Shown here one piece after another: positions 1 through 9,021 of a stretch of DNA of 64,000 nucleotides. Source of the stretch: Candidatus Woesebacteria bacterium GW2011_GWC1_42_9 (GTDB lineage Bacteria; Patescibacteriota; Microgenomatia; UBA8517); the NCBI GenBank assembly GCA_000995185.1, contig LCET01000004.1, positions 2,630 through 66,629 on the forward strand. Direction: 5' to 3'. Position numbers and translations under genes: made by a program. The notes under the pieces were generated by a model. The model saw nothing but the letters and a program-made list of their open reading frames with translations. It was not told where the DNA came from and did no database searches. Position 1 is the first letter of the stretch. The number at the start of each line of letters is the position of its first letter.

Positions 1-210
1 GGTACCTTTCTACACCTTAATATTTACTATTAAATAGAAAAACTTGGGGTGTAAATAGTCCCGCAAAGCGGGACTGGGTTCTCCCATTTGGAAATCGTCG
101 GATCAAAGCTTTGTGGCAGCTCCCCGGCGCTTATCGCAGCCTTACGCGTCCTTCATCAGCAACTTATGCCTAGGCATCCACTGTTTGCATTAAGTAGACT
201 TTCGGCATTT
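1..210 (-). rRNA. rrl: 23S rRNA, 5' end (partial; continues beyond window start)
   Basis: Reverse complement reads ...GTGGATGCCTAGGCATAAGTTGCTGATGAAGGACGCGTAAGGCTGCGATAAGCGCCGGGGAGCTGCC...AAGCTTTGATCC...AATGGGAGAACCC, matching the universally conserved 5' domain of 23S rRNA. Confidence 0.75.
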
Positions 211-240
211 CTCTTCAGATGTCAAAGTACAATCCGAGAG

Positions 241-315
241 TGGACCCGAGGGGATTCGAACCCCTGACCCCTACATTGCAAATGTAGTGCTCTAAGCCAA
301 CTGAGCTACGGGCCC
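241..315 (-). tRNA. tRNA-Ala (anticodon UGC)
   Basis: RC gives GGGCCCGTAGCTCAGTTGGCTTAGAGCACTACATTTGCAATGTAGGGGTCAGGGGTTCGAATCCCCTCGGGTCCA; cloverleaf with 7-nt loop TTTGCAA and the G3:U70 Ala identity pair; no CCA encoded. Confidence 0.85.
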
Positions 316-502
316 CTGAGCACAGGAATACTAAATGAAGTTAATTAACGAGGCTAATTTCCACAACTGCCCCCTCGTTTATATGTTTGTGGCATATTCA
401 TAAAGTTTCCGAACTCAAAGTTAGTGAAGATTATACTATTATATTTGGGTCTAGTCAAACAACGAGACAGAATGCCCCTCAAACTGATATACTACGAGGC
501 GC

Positions 503-576
503 GGGCTTGTAGCTCAGTTGGCTAGAGCGCCAAACTGATAATTTGGAGGTCCCAGGTTCGAGTCCTGGCAAGCCCA
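503..576 (+). tRNA. tRNA-Ile (anticodon GAU)
   Basis: GGGCTTGTAGCTCAGTTGGCTAGAGCGCCAAACTGATAATTTGGAGGTCCCAGGTTCGAGTCCTGGCAAGCCCA; anticodon loop CTGATAA; canonical T-loop TTCGAGT; opposite strand to the flanking rRNA genes. Confidence 0.85.
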
Positions 577-578
577 CT
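559..578 (+). repeat. Direct repeat copy 0 (T-arm/acceptor 3' end of tRNA-Ile itself): CGAGTCCTGGCAAGCCCACT
   Basis: Same 20-21 nt string recurs at 628-647 and (1-nt deletion) 928-946. Confidence 0.8.
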
Positions 579-627
579 CGCTCTGCTCACAGACTTTCCA
601 GTTCTCGATATCGCTCCTTTGGATCGT

Positions 628-647
628 CGAGTCCTGGCAAGCCCACT
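628..647 (+). repeat. Direct repeat copy 1 of tRNA-Ile 3' end (att-like)
   Basis: tCGAGTCCTGGCAAGCCCACT identical over 21 nt to 558-578. Confidence 0.8.
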
Positions 648-684
648 TGATTTTCAAATCTCAGTTGGATAAATTGATAGTACA

Positions 685-915
685 ATGTCGCTCACCCAAA
701 AAGACTTTGATGAAATCGAACAAGTAGTTGAAAAGGTTGTTAATAAAAAAACAAGCAATCTCCCCACAAAAGATGAGTTTTTTGGTTCTATGGACAAACT
801 AGTGACAGAAATTAAAGCGTCTCGTGAAGAGCAGACCATATTGTCTCACAGAGTCTCTGATCATGAAGATCGGATTGAAAAGATCGAGAATAAGCTTCAG
901 ATACCCTCAAATTAA
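685..915 (+). CDS. Hypothetical 76-aa charged/coiled-coil protein, lying between tRNA-end repeat copies 1 and 2
   Basis: ORF MSLTQKDFDEIEQVVEKVV...; heptad-like K/E-rich sequence; no recognisable family. Confidence 0.4.
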   Translation: MSLTQKDFDEIEQVVEKVVNKKTSNLPTKDEFFGSMDKLVTEIKASREEQTILSHRVSDHEDRIEKIENKLQIPSN

Positions 916-927
916 TTTAGATAAAGC

Positions 928-946
928 CGAGTCTGGCAAGCCCACT
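928..946 (+). repeat. Direct repeat copy 2 of tRNA-Ile 3' end (att-like, one C deleted)
   Basis: CGAGTC-TGGCAAGCCCACT; 19/20 match to tRNA 3' end. Confidence 0.75.
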
Positions 947-1074
947 AATAAATTACTATCTACCCCATAATATTGACTTTTTGGGAACCGATTATTATCT
1001 CGAGTTCCGAGTCCAGCGCGCAGACGACGGGCACTATGAATGTGTCCCAACTGAATAGCGCTGATTAACATCAA

Positions 1075-1105
1075 AGGGTGAACCCTAAAGTTCACCCTTT
1101 TTTTG
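1075..1105 (+). terminator. Rho-independent terminator (AGGGTGAACCCTAAAGTTCACCCT + T7)
   Basis: Perfect 9-bp stem, 6-nt loop, T-run 1099-1105. Confidence 0.7.
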
Positions 1106-1113
1106 TGTATAAT
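1105..1113 (+). promoter_or_regulatory. TG-TATAAT -10 element directly after the T-run; ATG at 1121 is 7 nt downstream (possible leaderless start)
   Basis: gtgTATAAT at 1105-1113; same 'T-run + (G)GTATAAT' architecture recurs elsewhere in window. Confidence 0.5.
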
Positions 1114-1120
1114 AAGCTTA

Positions 1121-3361
1121 ATGCAGAGCCTTGTGACACTTTTTTTGAAAATTCCCAGAGAAACTGAGGTCACTCCGGAGGCCGCCCAAACTTTCCTGGC
1201 AAGCCTCACCCAAATCAATTCTGTTACAAGTTTCCAAAAATTAAGAGGGTTTAGACCACAAGTGCTATCGCTTGAAATTGCCTCCATTAATTCGCAAATT
1301 ATCTTTTTAATTACTTGCGACAAAGAATTGGTCCCGTTTGTGGAGGCCCAAATCCAGTCAAACTATCCGCTCGTCATCATCGAGCGCATCGAGGATCCTT
1401 TGGGGGAACATAAACTCAGCGTCAAAGAACTAACTCTAAGGAGAGGTAACTATTTCCCAATTAACACTTATCCTTTGTTTCAAGATGTTGATCCCTTGTC
1501 TTCAATACTAACTGTCCTAGCAAAGCTAAAAGTCAATGAGTTTGCCATGGTCCAGTACTCTCTTGAATCAATAAGCGGCTCTTGGCAGGGAGGAGGCCAG
1601 CGCTATGCAGAAACCGGCGGGGGAAAAACAGAAGAAGGGGTTTATATTGCCCATCCCGAAGCCGCGATCATCAAAGAAAAAATATCTTTTCCCGGGTTTG
1701 CGGTATCACTAAGATTAATCGGTTCATCCCAAATTACCCTTAACGCCCTTGCCAGTAGCTTTGGGGTATTTGCAAAATCGGACGGAAATTCCCTAGTCTC
1801 CCGCTCAAAAGGAGTATTCGGGCGAAGGTCGCTTATTAATGATGCCCGCAATCGAAGAGTTACCGACAGGCAAATCCTAAATATTTCCGAAATCGCAACC
1901 ATTTGGCATTTGCCAAGCGAGAAAGTAAAAATCCCCTCCATAGTGTGGGGCACTTCAGTCCTTTCCGAAGCCCCTGAAAACTTACCCGTTTCACAAGATA
2001 AAACCGACGAAGAAAAACAAAATATAAATTTTTTTGCCAAAGCTCCTTATAAAAACAAGGAGACGACTTTTGGTGTTTCCTCAAAAGACAGGAGAAGGCA
2101 TATGTGGGTCGTCGGGAAGACCGGCACCGGCAAATCTACCCTTATTGCCAACATGGCCATTGATGACATTAAAAAGGGGCAGGGGATTGCGGTCATTGAT
2201 CCGCATGGTGATCTTTGCGAAACTATTTTGGACTATATCCCAAGCCACAGGATTAATGATGTTGTTTACTTCAATCCCTTTGATCGCGACCATCCGATTG
2301 TCATTAACCCTCTTGAAGTGACAAGTAAAGAAGAGGCGGAGCTCGTGGTCTCGGGCCTCATGAGTATTTTCACGAAAATTTGGGCAAACGTGTGGTCTGC
2401 CCGGATGGAATATATTCTCCGAAATACCCTCCTTACTCTTTCGCAAGTACCGGAGACAACTTTTGCTGATGTCCTTACAATCCTAACGGATAGAAAATAC
2501 AGGGACCGCATCTGTGAAACAATCGATGATCACTCTCTCAAACAATTTTGGATCACAGAATATAATCAAATGCCGGATAGACTTCAAAAAGAGTCTATTT
2601 CACCGATACAAAACAAGGTCGGGCAGTTTGTGACTTCCCCATTAATCAGAAAAGTGATCGGCTCTCCCAAAAGCACTATTCACTTAGATGAAGTAATGGA
2701 CGAGGGCAAAATTCTCCTCGCAAATCTTTCCCAAGGGAAAATTGGCGAAGATAATTCAGCTTTGCTTGGAGCGACTTTGATAACCAAATTACAGCAAGGA
2801 GCGATGCAAAGAGTAAATATCGATGAAGAAAAACGCCGAGATTTTTACCTCTACGTTGACGAGTTCCAAAATTTTGCCACCACAAGCTTTATCAAAATCC
2901 TTTCAGAAGCCCGAAAATACAGGCTTAATTTGATGCTTGCCAATCAGTACATGGCCCAGATCCCGGAGGATGTCCAAAAGGCGATACTCGGGAATGTGGG
3001 GAGCTTGATCTCATTTGGAGTCGGAGCGGAGGATGCTGAAGTAATTCACAAAGAATTTTCAGAAGTGTTTTCGCAAAATGATTTAGTTAATCTTTCAAAC
3101 TTTCAAGTTGCTGTAAAGCTCATGGTTGAGGGGCATGCTTCGAGGCCGTTTTTGGCACATACTCTGCCTGAGCCAGCAAGTAAAAACCAAAATAGAGAGA
3201 CGGTAATTCAAGTTAGCCGAGAGCGCTGGAGCCAAAAGCCGGGGACAGATATCAAAAGCCATGGTCAAAAATATATTGAGCGCCGCGAAGCCGCTCAAGC
3301 CCGCTCCCGAGAACAACAACAGCCCCAACAAAGACAATATCGCCCTCAACATAGAAATTAG
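1121..3361 (+). CDS. Type IV coupling-protein-like ATPase (VirD4/TraG/TraD family; TraG-D_C-like C-terminal domain), paralog 1
   Basis: Walker A VVGKTGTGKST; DPHGD; Walker B/TraG-D_C block RRDFYLYVDEFQNFATTSF...ILSEARKYRLNLMLANQY...GNVGSLISFGVG. Six-frame track begins at TTG 1103, which overlaps the promoter; ATG 1121 preferred. Confidence 0.75.
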   Translation: MQSLVTLFLKIPRETEVTPEAAQTFLASLTQINSVTSFQKLRGFRPQVLSLEIASINSQIIFLITCDKELVPFVEAQIQSNYPLVIIERIEDPLGEHKLSVKELTLRRGNYFPINTYPLFQDVDPLSSILTVLAKLKVNEFAMVQYSLESISGSWQGGGQRYAETGGGKTEEGVYIAHPEAAIIKEKISFPGFAVSLRLIGSSQITLNALASSFGVFAKSDGNSLVSRSKGVFGRRSLINDARNRRVTDRQILNISEIATIWHLPSEKVKIPSIVWGTSVLSEAPENLPVSQDKTDEEKQNINFFAKAPYKNKETTFGVSSKDRRRHMWVVGKTGTGKSTLIANMAIDDIKKGQGIAVIDPHGDLCETILDYIPSHRINDVVYFNPFDRDHPIVINPLEVTSKEEAELVVSGLMSIFTKIWANVWSARMEYILRNTLLTLSQVPETTFADVLTILTDRKYRDRICETIDDHSLKQFWITEYNQMPDRLQKESISPIQNKVGQFVTSPLIRKVIGSPKSTIHLDEVMDEGKILLANLSQGKIGEDNSALLGATLITKLQQGAMQRVNIDEEKRRDFYLYVDEFQNFATTSFIKILSEARKYRLNLMLANQYMAQIPEDVQKAILGNVGSLISFGVGAEDAEVIHKEFSEVFSQNDLVNLSNFQVAVKLMVEGHASRPFLAHTLPEPASKNQNRETVIQVSRERWSQKPGTDIKSHGQKYIERREAAQARSREQQQPQQRQYRPQHRN

Positions 3362-3370
3362 ACCAAAAAT

Positions 3371-3380
3371 AAGGTATAAT
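3371..3380 (+). promoter_or_regulatory. A-run + GGTATAATTTTCCC promoter motif upstream of 3428 gene
   Basis: aaaaataaGGTATAATTTtccc; near-identical to the motif at 6741-6754 (minus) etc; AGGGAG RBS at 3415-3421. Confidence 0.5.
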
Positions 3381-3427
3381 TTTCCCGCACCATAAATCGA
3401 TAAACGAATCCTTATAGGGAGTGTGTA

Positions 3428-3859
3428 ATGAAAATAGCGACGGCTATTCAACTTTTCTTGTCTATCGCCCTAGTTGTAATCTTTTGTCTTGCTTATCTGC
3501 CAGTAACGGGATCCATAGCAGATGAAACGGCACCGATCGAGGAGCCTGCAGAAATGCAAACAACGCAGGAAGTGGCCGTAGAAAAACTGCAAGATCTCGG
3601 CGAATTTCACGCCTTATGGAGCATTAATGACGGCACGGGAGTGCGTTTAGTTGTCACCGGCGGCCCTGAGAGCACTGCAGTCGGACTGCGCTTTGCTGGC
3701 ATCCAATCTGTGAACGTCGTTGAGGACACAGCCGACATGGCTGATCACACAATGTGGCTTATCATTGTCGCCCTGCGATTACAACCAGACAGGGTGTGTC
3801 AAGTGATTATCGGCAACAGTCCCGCGAGCACCGCCTCGTTTGAATGCCCAATCGGCTAA
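3428..3859 (+). CDS. Hypothetical small protein with N-terminal signal peptide/TM helix
   Basis: MKIATAIQLFLSIALVVIFCLAYLPVTGS...; RBS present; followed by terminator. Confidence 0.55.
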   Translation: MKIATAIQLFLSIALVVIFCLAYLPVTGSIADETAPIEEPAEMQTTQEVAVEKLQDLGEFHALWSINDGTGVRLVVTGGPESTAVGLRFAGIQSVNVVEDTADMADHTMWLIIVALRLQPDRVCQVIIGNSPASTASFECPIG

Positions 3860-3879
3860 ATAATAAACAATGTGATACG

Positions 3880-3911
3880 AGCACTTGGAAGCGATTTCAA
3901 GTGCTTTTTTT
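3880..3911 (+). terminator. Rho-independent terminator (AGCACTTG-loop-CAAGTGCT + T7)
   Basis: 8-bp stem followed by TTTTTTT. Confidence 0.65.
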
Positions 3912-4028
3912 GTGGGGGAAAATCCCTCAACACCTAAATATATGACTAGAAGCGGATCCGGTTTAGTAACCCCAAACCGCGAACTTAAAGGGGGGTGTTT
4001 TTGTCCGTCATTCGGACCTTACTCCTTA

Positions 4029-5519
<1,491 letters not shown>

Positions 5520-5752
5520 GTGACGAGTTATAATTGCCCTGACTGCGTGACTTTGCGCGAGCCAGGCTCGCCATTCACGCTTCCAGTCATATATTTAAGG
5601 TGTCAAAGAACATTTTAATCGAGGCAAATGAAAAACCGCCCTAAGGCGGTCACATATAAACGGGCAAGCCCAGTTAATTAATTACCTCATTAGTAGAAGG
5701 AATCATATCATGATAATTAGAAACAATCAAATTGGCTTTAATAACAATTAAA

Positions 5753-5781
5753 TTGACTATTTTACTAACCTATAATATAAT
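5753..5781 (+). promoter_or_regulatory. Consensus sigma70-type promoter TTGACT-N17-TATAAT for the 5885 gene
   Basis: TTGACT 5753-5758, TATAAT 5776-5781 (a second overlapping TATAAT at 5771-5776). Confidence 0.55.
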
Positions 5782-5884
5782 GCTGTACGCGTGCGATTTT
5801 CGTACGGATGATGTACTGAGTTTGTAGACTACTGGTCTTTGGGCTTGTGTCTGCAACTCACTAGCACATTTTAAGGAGAAGGAA

Positions 5885-6265
5885 ATGTCAGCATATAAGG
5901 TAGTTGGGTTAGATGATAAAAATATGTCATCAACCAGTATCGTAGTGCTTATGGGAAATGCGCTCCCCAATAGCTTTGCGGGGGTTGAAGCGTTGCATTC
6001 ATGCCATGCAAATAAAAGTAGCCCAATGACGTACAACGAAAGATCCTCGATCTATGAATGTCAATGCGGTAGAAGAATTGCACTGAGCAATAACCGCAAG
6101 ACCGAAATCTTTCAGGCGCTGTCAAAAGGAGAAATAACGCTCTCACCTTCAAGCTATGTTGGTGACGGCGGCCAAAACATACCTGTGATTTTGATCACAG
6201 AAGAAGACCTAAAAACACGGAACGAGGCCGGTCCGTACGCAATTGCGATATCTGACAACAAATAA
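5885..6265 (+). CDS. Hypothetical protein (126 aa)
   Basis: ORF with GGAGAAGG RBS; no family recognised. Confidence 0.5.
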   Translation: MSAYKVVGLDDKNMSSTSIVVLMGNALPNSFAGVEALHSCHANKSSPMTYNERSSIYECQCGRRIALSNNRKTEIFQALSKGEITLSPSSYVGDGGQNIPVILITEEDLKTRNEAGPYAIAISDNK

Positions 6266-6333
6266 ATTCTCCTGAATTAAACCTCCCGGGGCAAACACAA
6301 AGATTTGTCCCGGAGGTACTACTAATTTCTTCA

Positions 6334-6365
6334 CAAAAAAAGGGGCAAGCCTCAACGGTTACCCC
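6334..6365 (-). terminator. Rho-independent terminator for 6381-6704 gene (minus strand hairpin GGGGTAACCGTTGAGGCTTGCCCC + T8)
   Basis: Plus strand shows A8 then GGGGCAAGCCTCAACGGTTACCCC. Confidence 0.55.
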
Positions 6366-6380
6366 TTACTAGGTAAAATT

Positions 6381-6704
6381 CTAAGCAAAAGCAAATTCTT
6401 TCTCTTTAACCTCAATACCGTATTCGATAAACTCGGCGCTCAGAGCCTGAAAATCTTTCTCGGCAGTGCGCAACAATGGATAGGCACAGTCTTTTGGGAC
6501 GACCCTTGTGGCCTTCGTTACCAGTGAAATGACCTCTGCAATTCTTTCATTTCTACACAGTAACCCCCAAATTATCCGGCCCTTTTTGTCAGCACTTACC
6601 ACCCAGATTGCATCAACACTGTCGCCAAGCCTATCTAAAACCTCGCATGCACACTCGCCACTGCAACCTTCGGCATCGAACAAAACGACACGCAACGGTA
6701 ACAT
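6381..6704 (-). CDS. Hypothetical small protein (107 aa)
   Basis: ORF with GGAGGG RBS; own promoter and terminator. Confidence 0.55.
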   Translation of the reverse strand: MLPLRVVLFDAEGCSGECACEVLDRLGDSVDAIWVVSADKKGRIIWGLLCRNERIAEVISLVTKATRVVPKDCAYPLLRTAEKDFQALSAEFIEYGIEVKEKEFAFA

Positions 6705-6740
6705 TTCTACCCTCCAGCAATATATCGGACGATGGTGCTT

Positions 6741-6786
6741 GGGGAAATTATACCAAAAAAAAGGGTGAACCCAAAAGATTCACCCC
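6741..6786 (-). promoter_or_regulatory. Terminator hairpin + T8 + GGTATAATTTCCCC promoter module (minus strand)
   Basis: Minus strand: GGGTGAATCTTTTGGGTTCACCC TTTTTTTT GGTATAATTTCCCC; terminates 6803-7108 gene and promotes 6381-6704 gene. Confidence 0.6.
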
Positions 6787-6802
6787 TATCTAATCAGGCG
6801 CG

Positions 6803-7108
6803 CTATTCGATAATATTTGCGCCCAGAGCGGCGGCGAGCTCCGCCTTTAATGTTGGTTTATCGCCGCGAAATACCTGCGACTGGAAGACAGAGCTCCCAA
6901 AATGAACGTCCAGCCCGCGTTGAGTCAAAAGTCCCGCATTGATCCTGTCGGCGTCAACATAGTTCCGACAGATCAATATATGGCACACTGTCTCAAATAT
7001 CTTCCAGGGATAGACGGCCACTCCAATGGTGGAATCTTCCTGAATCGCCTTCACTGCTTCCTGTCGCCCATTAAAAAAAGCAACATCCACCCGCAATCCC
7101 ACCGCCAT
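6803..7108 (-). CDS. Hypothetical small protein (101 aa)
   Basis: ORF flanked by terminator/promoter modules. Confidence 0.55.
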   Translation of the reverse strand: MAVGLRVDVAFFNGRQEAVKAIQEDSTIGVAVYPWKIFETVCHILICRNYVDADRINAGLLTQRGLDVHFGSSVFQSQVFRGDKPTLKAELAAALGANIIE

Positions 7109-7155
7109 TTCTTGCTCTCCTTTAAATGTTGGTTATCGATTTCTGTTGCCTGGCA

Positions 7156-7194
7156 ATTATATCAAAAAGGGGCAAAATCCAAAAGATTTGCCCC
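7156..7194 (-). promoter_or_regulatory. Terminator hairpin + T5 + GATATAATTGCC promoter module (minus strand)
   Basis: Minus strand: GGGGCAAATCTTTTGGATTTTGCCCC TTTTT GATATAATTGCC. Confidence 0.55.
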
Positions 7195-7208
7195 TTGTCA
7201 GGCAGTAC

Positions 7209-7490
7209 CTAGATGACCGACACCTGTGATATAAGATCAACAACTGTTTGAGGGTCTGGAACAGTGGTGCGTATAGACGGCCACCGTAAAACCCTGCCGC
7301 TTACCGCATCAGGAAGGACCTCTGCCACTTTATTAAGATCCTCAACATTCTTTGACACCAACACGGCGTAGGGATACTCCTCTCCCTCACACCTAAAGAC
7401 GGCAATGTTGGACGGATTATGTGGATCCATAATCGCCTCAAGTGCCCCAACGAGACTCTCCACGACAGTAACTATCATTTCTTCCTCCAA
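7209..7490 (-). CDS. Hypothetical small acidic protein (93 aa)
   Basis: ORF flanked by the same modules. Confidence 0.55.
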   Translation of the reverse strand: MEEEMIVTVVESLVGALEAIMDPHNPSNIAVFRCEGEEYPYAVLVSKNVEDLNKVAEVLPDAVSGRVLRWPSIRTTVPDPQTVVDLISQVSVI

Positions 7491-7528
7491 AAAAACTCAA
7501 ACGGACGAATGGAAAGAATAAACTAGAG

Positions 7529-7576
7529 GAATTATACCAAAAAAAATAGGCGGACCTAAATAAATAGATTCGCCTA
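7529..7576 (-). promoter_or_regulatory. Terminator hairpin + T8 + GGTATAATTCC promoter module (minus strand)
   Basis: Minus strand: TAGGCGAATCTATTTATTTAGGTCCGCCTA TTTTTTTT GGTATAATTCC. Confidence 0.55.
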
Positions 7577-7597
7577 CCCCGCCGCCGACAAAAAAGA

Positions 7598-8083
7598 CTA
7601 GCTAACCCGCCGAATTGCGAGCTGTTTTTTCAGTTCGCACTCGCGGGATTGCAAAACCTTCCATAAATGGCGCAACCGACCTGAGACTTCTTCGCCTGAG
7701 ATTTTTTGAGGAACTGAAAATTCATTGCCGGCGCAAGTTTTGATTACATCGACGACAATGGTCACCTTTCCGTCCCCTCCTCCGTTTTGGTTCTTGACCA
7801 TAACGGGTTCAGGTTGCCGAAAAAATTGATACAGAAGAACCAAGTTATCGTTGTAAGGAGATGACGCCTTCACCCAATAATGATTGGTTGGCAGATCGCC
7901 ATCAACGGTTGGAATTCCCATACCAAGTTTCCTCTCATTCTCCAGTATTCGAAATACAGATGTCCTGGCCCTTTCAAAGAACCAGTTAATCTCGTCGCGT
8001 CTGTTTGTAAACTTCGGTACTCCGTTGCTCTCATCCTCCGGCCTATTAAAGACGGGGTCTGGATTCTTGCCATCTTGAGACAT
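7598..8083 (-). CDS. Hypothetical protein (161 aa)
   Basis: ORF with GGAGGAAAAATG RBS. Confidence 0.55.
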   Translation of the reverse strand: MSQDGKNPDPVFNRPEDESNGVPKFTNRRDEINWFFERARTSVFRILENERKLGMGIPTVDGDLPTNHYWVKASSPYNDNLVLLYQFFRQPEPVMVKNQNGGGDGKVTIVVDVIKTCAGNEFSVPQKISGEEVSGRLRHLWKVLQSRECELKKQLAIRRVS

Positions 8084-8212
8084 TTTTCCTCCAGTGAGGA
8101 TTTTAAAATATACAGCGTGAGTCGGCGGCTGTTAAAGAACTGATGAAATATACATTAACTATGGGTTAGCTGTCAAGAAATATAGTGGACTCATCCAACT
8201 TAAACCATTATT

Positions 8213-8878
8213 ATGGTACTCATGGACTTTGGATTTGATCTCGCCGAACTAATCAAAACTGTAGGCTATTTCGGGATATTTTTCATAACCTTTGCCGAGT
8301 CTGGCTTGTTTTTTGGCTTCTTTTTCCCCGGCGACTCGCTTTTGTTTACCGCGGGGTTTCTGGCTTCGCAGGGATTTTTAGACATAAGGATATTGGCAGT
8401 ACTTACTGTCATTGGTGCGATCGGCGGAGACTCCGTCGGCTACTTTACAGGCAATAAATTTGGAAGATGGCTCATGCGGCAAAAAGAATCGTTTTTCTTC
8501 AAAAAAGAATATATCGAGAGAGCGCAAGTTTTCTACAACAAGCACGGAGGGAAAACTTTGATCATCGCTCGTTTTATCCCGGCCGTGCGGACATTTGTCC
8601 CTATTGTCGCCGGGATGGCCGATATGGAATATCGGAGATTTATTAGCTTTAATGTCATTGGAGGGCTTCTTTGGGGAGCTGGGATGCCCTTAGCAGGCTA
8701 CTGGCTGGGATCAAAAATCCCAGGGGTCGATAAATACTTACTTCCAATAGTTGCCGTGATTATTTTTATCTCGATTCTGCCGGGGATAATTCATATGAGG
8801 CACGATATCAAAAAAGTAATCACCCACGACAAAGTTTTAGGCCGGCTGTATAAACTAAAAAAGTTTTGGCTAGGCTAA
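8213..8878 (+). CDS. DedA/TVP38 family membrane protein
   Basis: FFGFFFPGDSLLFTAGFLAS... and conserved GG..R motif typical of DedA. Confidence 0.75.
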   Translation: MVLMDFGFDLAELIKTVGYFGIFFITFAESGLFFGFFFPGDSLLFTAGFLASQGFLDIRILAVLTVIGAIGGDSVGYFTGNKFGRWLMRQKESFFFKKEYIERAQVFYNKHGGKTLIIARFIPAVRTFVPIVAGMADMEYRRFISFNVIGGLLWGAGMPLAGYWLGSKIPGVDKYLLPIVAVIIFISILPGIIHMRHDIKKVITHDKVLGRLYKLKKFWLG

Positions 8879-8911
8879 CCTGCTATAATACCAAGCTTAG
8901 TCTTAGTATAT

Positions 8912-8987
8912 GGCCCCATCGTCTAGTGGCCTAGGACGGCGGGTTTTCATCCCGCAAACTCGGGTTCGATTCCCGATGGGGTCACCA
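8912..8987 (+). tRNA. tRNA-Glu (anticodon UUC), CCA encoded
   Basis: GGCCCCATCGTCTAGTGGCCTAGGACGGCGGGTTTTCATCCCGCAAACTCGGGTTCGATTCCCGATGGGGTCACCA; TGCTATAAT -10 at 8881-8889. Confidence 0.85.
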
Positions 8988-9021
8988 AAAGGGAAATCTC
9001 GTTGGATAAAACCAGTGTTTT

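Noticed and set aside
559-946. The three 20-nt direct repeats as a possible CRISPR array
   Set aside because: There are only three copies with unequal spacing (49 and 281 nt), the repeat is the 3' end of tRNA-Ile, and there are no cas genes. This fits att-site duplication instead.
1103-1120. TTG start at 1103 for the coupling-protein ORF as listed in the track
   Set aside because: It would overlap the terminator T-run and the -10 element. ATG 1121 was chosen instead (unverified).
1642-2511. Minus-strand ORFs 1642-2040, 1860-2084, 2081-2446 and 2266-2511
   Set aside because: They are antisense to a well-supported coupling-protein CDS and have no motifs.
5631-5650. Hairpin ACCGCCCTAAGGCGGT with A-run as a terminator upstream of the 16S gene
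   Set aside because: It is orientated for the minus strand but no minus-strand gene lies upstream of it. It may be an insulator or chance, so it is not listed as a feature.
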